The notes below the pieces were generated by a model that made no database searches, had not been told where the DNA came from, and saw only the letters and a list, made by a program, of their open reading frames with translations. Below are positions 59,849-64,000 of a DNA stretch of 64,000 nt, piece by piece (positions within the stretch are counted from its first letter, which is position 1; each line of letters starts with the position of its first letter). Source of the DNA: an uncultured virus (IMG/VR IMGVR_UViG_3300028591_000018) (lineage: Duplodnaviria > Heunggongvirae > Uroviricota > Caudoviricetes); the IMG/VR virus record IMGVR_UViG_3300028591_000018; one strand, given 5' to 3'. Position numbers and translations under genes: made by a program.

Positions 59849-59954
59849 AAAATAAATAGGAGAAGCGCCTGCAATTAACGCTTCTCCTTTCAAATAATTA
59901 ATAATATTTGTACAGTGCTAGGTCATTTTTCCTCCTTCCTATTGCACTCTCATC
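59849..59954 (-). ncRNA. Small RNA with SD and MT minigene (59918-59926)
   Basis: Promoter copy 14 at 59953-59980; AAGGAGG-AAAA-ATG ACC TAG; AGGAGAAGCG/CGCTTCTCCT terminator. Confidence 0.65.
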
Positions 59955-59979
59955 ATTATAGAAGATGTTTTTTTCGCGG

Positions 59980-60071
59980 AAAAAATAAGAGCCTTTGCAA
60001 CGACTCTTATTTTTAATAAATATCTTTGCACCTCCTTTCTTCATAGGAACCTGCTTTCGGGTATGCAGGTC
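59980..60071 (-). ncRNA. Small RNA with orphan SD
   Basis: Promoter copy 15 at 60070-60097 (TTCGCA-N14-TATAAT); ACCTGC/GCAGGT hairpin; AAAGGAGGTG; AAAAATAAGAG/CTCTTATTTTT terminator. Confidence 0.6.
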
Positions 60072-60097
60072 ATTATAGAGAATGTAAATCTTGCGAA

Positions 60098-60514
60098 TTA
60101 TTTCCGCAATTTCGAGAGGATCCAGAAAAATCTTCGAAAGCTTTCATAATACGTTTCCTTACAGCAGGGAACGTCCATACGAGCCGTCAGGTATTCATAG
60201 GAAATTCCTTCTGTGACTCCTTTGAAAATATAATTTCCCAAATCCTCCGAACAAGCTTTTGCCGCCTTATCAACCATATCCAGATGGTCTGTCAGCAATT
60301 CCCGCCGCAGCACAGCCGTAAGAACCGGATCACTCGGCCCCGCGGATTTTCCAATTTTTTCGGAATACGGCGATCCCATCAGGCTGATCATTTTCAGCTC
60401 TTCCTTCCATTCCGGATACTGAAGGCAAAAATGCTTCAGCTCATAAAACCGATGTCTGCTGATCCAGTATGAACTGCGCTTTGAGATCTCAGGACGAATA
60501 TTGGTACCCATCAC
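60098..60514 (-). CDS. Putative transcriptional regulator (RinA/ArpU-like)
   Basis: ELKHFCLQY.EW..DPV..A; C-terminal HTH-like ISYEYL..TYYESFRRFFW. Confidence 0.5.
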   Translation of the reverse strand: MMGTNIRPEISKRSSYWISRHRFYELKHFCLQYPEWKEELKMISLMGSPYSEKIGKSAGPSDPVLTAVLRRELLTDHLDMVDKAAKACSEDLGNYIFKGVTEGISYEYLTARMDVPCCKETYYESFRRFFWILSKLRK

Positions 60515-60753
60515 CGCTCTCCCTTCCAGACAAAGCCTGTATGCTCGAAAAGCAGTTTGGGCGAAATATAATAATTGATCCGCCCGTATTTGCTGTTCAT
60601 TTCCTCAATAGAGGTGACCAGTTTGCCGTTCCGTGTTGCGTTCCCGATAGGTAGCCATCCACAGATCAAACCGGCCCGCACCCAGCACGCATCCTTCCCG
60701 TACGCCCGCGCTGCCACGGACACCGGTACATTACCGTTAGAATACTCTTCCAT
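60511..60753 (-). CDS. Small winged-HTH / excisionase-like protein
   Basis: VPVSVAARAYGKDACWVRAGL..LPIG..YYISP. Confidence 0.55.
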   Translation of the reverse strand: MEEYSNGNVPVSVAARAYGKDACWVRAGLICGWLPIGNATRNGKLVTSIEEMNSKYGRINYYISPKLLFEHTGFVWKGER

Positions 60754-60836
60754 AAATTTCTCCTTTCGTGAGTCTTCTATCTCCGAAACTTATTCTATGA
60801 TAGCCAGGCGTAATCTAAAATAAAAACTTATGTTGA

Positions 60837-60890
60837 AAAAATAAAAGGAGTTGTAAAAATAAAAGGAGTTGTAAAAATAAAAGCCCTTGT
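60837..60890. repeat. 18-bp tandem repeat (2 exact copies and 1 variant)
   Basis: AAAAATAAAAGGAGTTGT twice, then AAAAATAAAAGCCCTTGT. Confidence 0.85.
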
Positions 60891-60908
60891 GGGGCTCAAC
60901 TTCCTTTC

Positions 60909-61085
60909 TTATTCAAATTTTGCTGAGATCTTCTCAGCAAAGTCCATTCCGATTTCGAACGCTTCTCCATAAAGCGTCATAAACATCTTGAAATACCACC
61001 GACGAAGCGGTGGAATACAACAAATAATTATGGACAAAACTGTCCAAATCAATAAAAATCCAAAATAAATATTTATAAAATTCAT
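60909..61085 (-). CDS. 58-aa membrane peptide (not in ORF track)
   Basis: MNFINIYFGFLLIWTVLSIIICCIPPLRRW...; AAAGGAG RBS; cassette context. Confidence 0.7.
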   Translation of the reverse strand: MNFINIYFGFLLIWTVLSIIICCIPPLRRWYFKMFMTLYGEAFEIGMDFAEKISAKFE

Positions 61086-61131
61086 CTTTTTTCTCCTTTT
61101 TTAAAACAACGAGCAGATCATCCATGTCTGC

Positions 61132-61159
61132 TCAATAAAGGAGTTGTAAATTTTGCGAA
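61132..61159 (-). promoter_or_regulatory. Phage promoter motif copy 16, with GAGCAG hairpin at 61111-61133
   Basis: TTCGCA-AAATTTACAACTCC-TTTATT-GAGCAG. Confidence 0.72.
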
Positions 61160-61183
61160 AAATAAGAGGCCTTGCGGCCTATC

Positions 61184-61348
61184 TTATTCAATCGTAATCG
61201 GGGTGATCACGATTTCTTCTACCACGATTTCTTCCAGTTTTGGTCCGGGATCAAGTCCCGGGGTTTCATTAATTTTCTCTGATCCGCTGCACGCGGATAA
61301 AGTAATGGCCATTATGGCCAGCAATACAATGATAAAGAACTTTTTCAT
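61184..61348 (-). CDS. Small lipoprotein (cassette gene)
   Basis: MKKFFIIVLLAIMAITLSAC lipobox; promoter copy 17 at 61372-61399. Confidence 0.75.
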   Translation of the reverse strand: MKKFFIIVLLAIMAITLSACSGSEKINETPGLDPGPKLEEIVVEEIVITPITIE

Positions 61349-61438
61349 TTTATCCTCCTTTAGCTCTTTCTTCATTAGAGGATCTGTTCTTATCGCGAAA
61401 AAAATAAGAGCCCTTGTGGGCTCCATTTTGATTCGGTT

Positions 61439-61768
61439 TCATTTCGCCTGCTTGGCCCAAAATCCCATGCCAAGCTCCGATGCATATTCATGCATCAGAT
61501 CTATGTCATTATATGACCAATGTACCCATTGGTACTTGGCCATATCAGAGAACCTATCAGGTTCTCCTTCCGGTGCGGTTTCCCACACGCCTTCGACCTT
61601 AGCGGTCGCAATAATCTCACCTGCATTATTATGCAGGTAGAAGTTTGTTATTGGTTCCACAACGTATTTTACGTTGCGGTTTAATACATACAGTGCCATC
61701 AGGCTGACGACACAAACAACTGCTGCGATAACAGCAGTCTTCATCATAATGGAATTAAACTTTTTCAT
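61439..61768 (-). CDS. Membrane-anchored cassette protein
   Basis: N-terminal TM; promoter copy 18 at 61801-61828; GAGCCCACAAGGGCTC terminator. Confidence 0.7.
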   Translation of the reverse strand: MKKFNSIMMKTAVIAAVVCVVSLMALYVLNRNVKYVVEPITNFYLHNNAGEIIATAKVEGVWETAPEGEPDRFSDMAKYQWVHWSYNDIDLMHEYASELGMGFWAKQAK

Positions 61769-61788
61769 TTTTATTCTCCTTTCAAATT

Positions 61789-62217
61789 TTAAGTTTTCTT
61801 CCATAGTAGACCTTGCGCATATCGCGACCAGAGATAGATACTCAGGTAACTTGCACCGCAGCCGGCAGTAATACCGCTTTGGATTTTTACAAAAGTATTA
61901 CGGTCATAGTGTTTATATGGAAGAAGAAAAGAAGGAAGAGTAAGAAAAACTTTTCCGCATTTTTGACAGCGGTATTTTGGAAGATAGATCCAATATCGGA
62001 ATCCATAAAAATCAATCATTTTGCGTTTGCGATATCCGTACCGCCACATGGCAAGGCCGGTATTGCATTCAGGACAGCATACGGGTTTAGTGTATCGAAG
62101 ATGATACCCATCAGAATAAACTATCGGCTCGTATTCGATCATGATCATGTAAAAAATAAGTGCATAATACATACGAAAAAATAAAAAGGATAAGTTACAA
62201 ATTTGTGATCCGTTCAC
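61789..62217 (-). CDS. Zn-ribbon protein (DUF6431-like); start uncertain
   Basis: CPEC..YGYRKR..RCQKCG..LPSFLLPYKHY. Confidence 0.6.
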   Translation of the reverse strand: MNGSQICNLSFLFFRMYYALIFYMIMIEYEPIVYSDGYHLRYTKPVCCPECNTGLAMWRYGYRKRKMIDFYGFRYWIYLPKYRCQKCGKVFLTLPSFLLPYKHYDRNTFVKIQSGITAGCGASYLSIYLWSRYAQGLLWKKT

Positions 62218-62374
62218 ACCGGATCATTCATAAATCCTATCCTGTAAAAATTCAAGCTACAATTTTGCTCTCCACGGGTCATGTAGCCAACCTCTGTTTA
62301 TGACCGTTCCTTTCCAAGTTTACGGTTAACCCAATTTCCGGTAAGGCACTTTCATAAAGCACACCTTTCCCTCA
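62176..62374 (-). ncRNA. Structured ~200-nt RNA unit
   Basis: Promoter copy 19 at 62372-62399; several hairpins; AGGATAG/TTATCCT closing stem and T tract. Confidence 0.55.
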
Positions 62375-62433
62375 CTATAGTCCATGCGCACATCGCGAAA
62401 AATAAAGAGCCCTTGTGGGGCTCGTTTCAAAGG

Positions 62434-62655
62434 TCAGTGATGACCTTTGAACAGAAATACTTCTAAGTCTGAGTCGTAGTCCAACTCTGACTCTGAAACC
62501 TTTTTTACTGGCTGCTTTTCTGCAGCCTCTACGTCTTCGATATACCCTTTGATATATCCAAAAACCCCAATTAACGTGACAGTAGCTGCCACAAAACAAT
62601 AAATTGTATTTATTGTTTCAATAATTTTTTTGATTATTTTAAAAAATTTTTTCAT
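62434..62655 (-). CDS. Single-TM cassette protein
   Basis: AAAGGAG RBS; promoter copy 20 at 62704-62731, GAGCAG hairpin at 62683-62705, terminator at 62398-62423. Confidence 0.7.
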   Translation of the reverse strand: MKKFFKIIKKIIETINTIYCFVAATVTLIGVFGYIKGYIEDVEAAEKQPVKKVSESELDYDSDLEVFLFKGHH

Positions 62656-62778
62656 ATTTTTTTTCTCCTTTTTAAAAATAAAGAGCAGATCATTTATGTC
62701 TGCTCAATAAAGGCGTTGTAAAAACCGCGATTATAAATTGTAGGAGTATAATAACTTCTACAAGGAGAAAAAATATCA

Positions 62779-63999
62779 ATGCTGATAAAGTGTCCGGAAT
62801 GTGAACTGTCAGTGAGTGATAAAGCCATTATATGCCCTCACTGCGGCTATCCTTTAAAGCCCGAAGCGAAGAATATCAATTACCGATCCACCAGAAGGAA
62901 GCGCCTTCCGAATGGTTTTGGGCAAATATCAAAGATCAAAGGGGCGAACCTTCGTAAACCTTTCCGAGCCATGGTCACGATCGGAAAAACCGACGAAGGA
63001 AAACCCGTATGCCGATTATTACAGCCGGAAGCCTACTTCGAAACCTACAATGATGCTTATCAGGCATTAGTAAAATATAATAAAGATCCATATGTATTTA
63101 GCAATAATTTAACTGTTGGAGAGCTATACGAAAGATGGAGTGAATATCATTTTAAAACAATTTCTGCAGGTGCGGCGACAAACCTTGGAGCAGCCTGGAA
63201 ATACTGCAATTCCATCAAAAATATCAAACTTGTTGATCTGCGAAGTCGGCACATAAAGTATTGCATGGAAGAAGGAACTGTTACACTAAAAAACGGAAAT
63301 ATCAAACATCCCTCAGTAAACATGAAAAACGTGATTAAAGTCATGTTTAATCAAATGCTTGATTATGCTGTTGAATACGAATTGATCGATCGAAATTATG
63401 CCCGAAACTTCTCTGTATCAAAAGAAGACCGTAAAGAGATGGCAGAAAACCGTGAAAGCCATATCCCGTATACTGATGAAGAAATCGAAAAACTCTGGGA
63501 AAATATCAATTTCAATGAAGTTATAGGTATTATTCTGATTCAGTGCTATACCGGTTGGCGTCCGAAAGAACTTGAAATCATGAAAATCAGTGATATTGAC
63601 CTTGAACTTGGAACCATGAAAGGCGGTGTCAAAACCAGAGCCGGCAAAAATCGCATTGTACCGATCCACTCAAGAATCTATGATCTCATTAAAAAGTATT
63701 ATGAAGCCAGTAAAAAATCCGGCAGCGAATATCTTTTTACAATGACCGGCCGCAGCAAACTATTTTCCTACACGAAATTCGATTGGAACCTGAAACAAAT
63801 CAAGTCACAATTAAATCTAAACGACCGTCACCGTCCCCACGATGGTCGTGCGCACTTTATCACCCAGGCCAAAAAATATCACATGGATGAATACGCCATC
63901 AAACGAATCGTCGGACATGAAATCAAAGACCTAACCGAAAACGTCTACACCACCCGAGATCTCGAATGGCTAAAAGCCGAAATCGAAAAAATACCTTAA
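62779..63999 (+). CDS. int: Tyrosine integrase with N-terminal Zn ribbon
   Basis: TGWRPKEL (R), KT (K), HDGR (HxxR), VGH, VYT (Y); AAGGAG RBS. Confidence 0.92.
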   Translation: MLIKCPECELSVSDKAIICPHCGYPLKPEAKNINYRSTRRKRLPNGFGQISKIKGANLRKPFRAMVTIGKTDEGKPVCRLLQPEAYFETYNDAYQALVKYNKDPYVFSNNLTVGELYERWSEYHFKTISAGAATNLGAAWKYCNSIKNIKLVDLRSRHIKYCMEEGTVTLKNGNIKHPSVNMKNVIKVMFNQMLDYAVEYELIDRNYARNFSVSKEDRKEMAENRESHIPYTDEEIEKLWENINFNEVIGIILIQCYTGWRPKELEIMKISDIDLELGTMKGGVKTRAGKNRIVPIHSRIYDLIKKYYEASKKSGSEYLFTMTGRSKLFSYTKFDWNLKQIKSQLNLNDRHRPHDGRAHFITQAKKYHMDEYAIKRIVGHEIKDLTENVYTTRDLEWLKAEIEKIP

Positions 64000-64000
64000 A

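Noticed and set aside
60934..61125. 63-aa ORF from the track
   Set aside because: It starts inside the GAGCAG hairpin without an RBS; the overlapping frame 60909-61085 has a proper SD.
61789..62217. Insertion sequence or transposase
   Set aside because: Only a Zn-ribbon domain; no DDE catalytic region or terminal inverted repeats seen.
35476..62705. CRISPR array made of the GAGCAG palindromic repeats
   Set aside because: Copies are kilobases apart, each tied to a promoter, with no regular spacers or cas operon.
1..64000. Alternative genetic code, DGR or retron
   Set aside because: Core genes are full length in the standard code and no reverse transcriptase motif was seen.
63900..64000. att site
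   Set aside because: The window ends at the integrase stop codon, so no flanking sequence is available to identify one.

Overview
The whole window is a temperate siphovirus-type phage or prophage. Almost all genes are on the minus strand. From right to left: a tyrosine integrase (+ strand, at the right edge); a long early/accessory region built from promoter-gene-terminator cassettes; a single-chain helicase/primase/DNA polymerase; SSB; ThyX-like, dUTPase and NrdD/NrdG/glutaredoxin nucleotide genes; an SF2 helicase; a probable origin (~23.6-23.9 kb); VRR-NUC and PD-(D/E)XK nucleases; a 932-aa single-chain two-barrel (DFDGD) RNA polymerase; a probable packaging site; then HNH, terminase, portal, a protease-capsid fusion, tail genes, a lysis cassette and a truncated tape measure gene. 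The most interesting layer is a candidate phage-specific transcription and RNA-regulation system. It has 20 copies of a non-sigma70 promoter motif (TCGCR-N7-CA-N4-C-TWTAWT). Several copies drive ORF-less or minigene units, including a tandem array of four small RNAs at 59.56-60.10 kb: one tRNA-like and three carrying Shine-Dalgarno sequences. Two distant RNAs (22.84-23.0 kb and 32.7 kb) carry segments complementary to those three. Other highlights are a Csx16-like protein without any CRISPR locus, three alpha-CTD-like proteins, a His-Gly motif shared by five head-module proteins and the RNAP, and a strand-polarised AATATCAA octamer. Family assignments come from motif recognition by eye; no searches or folding programs were run.
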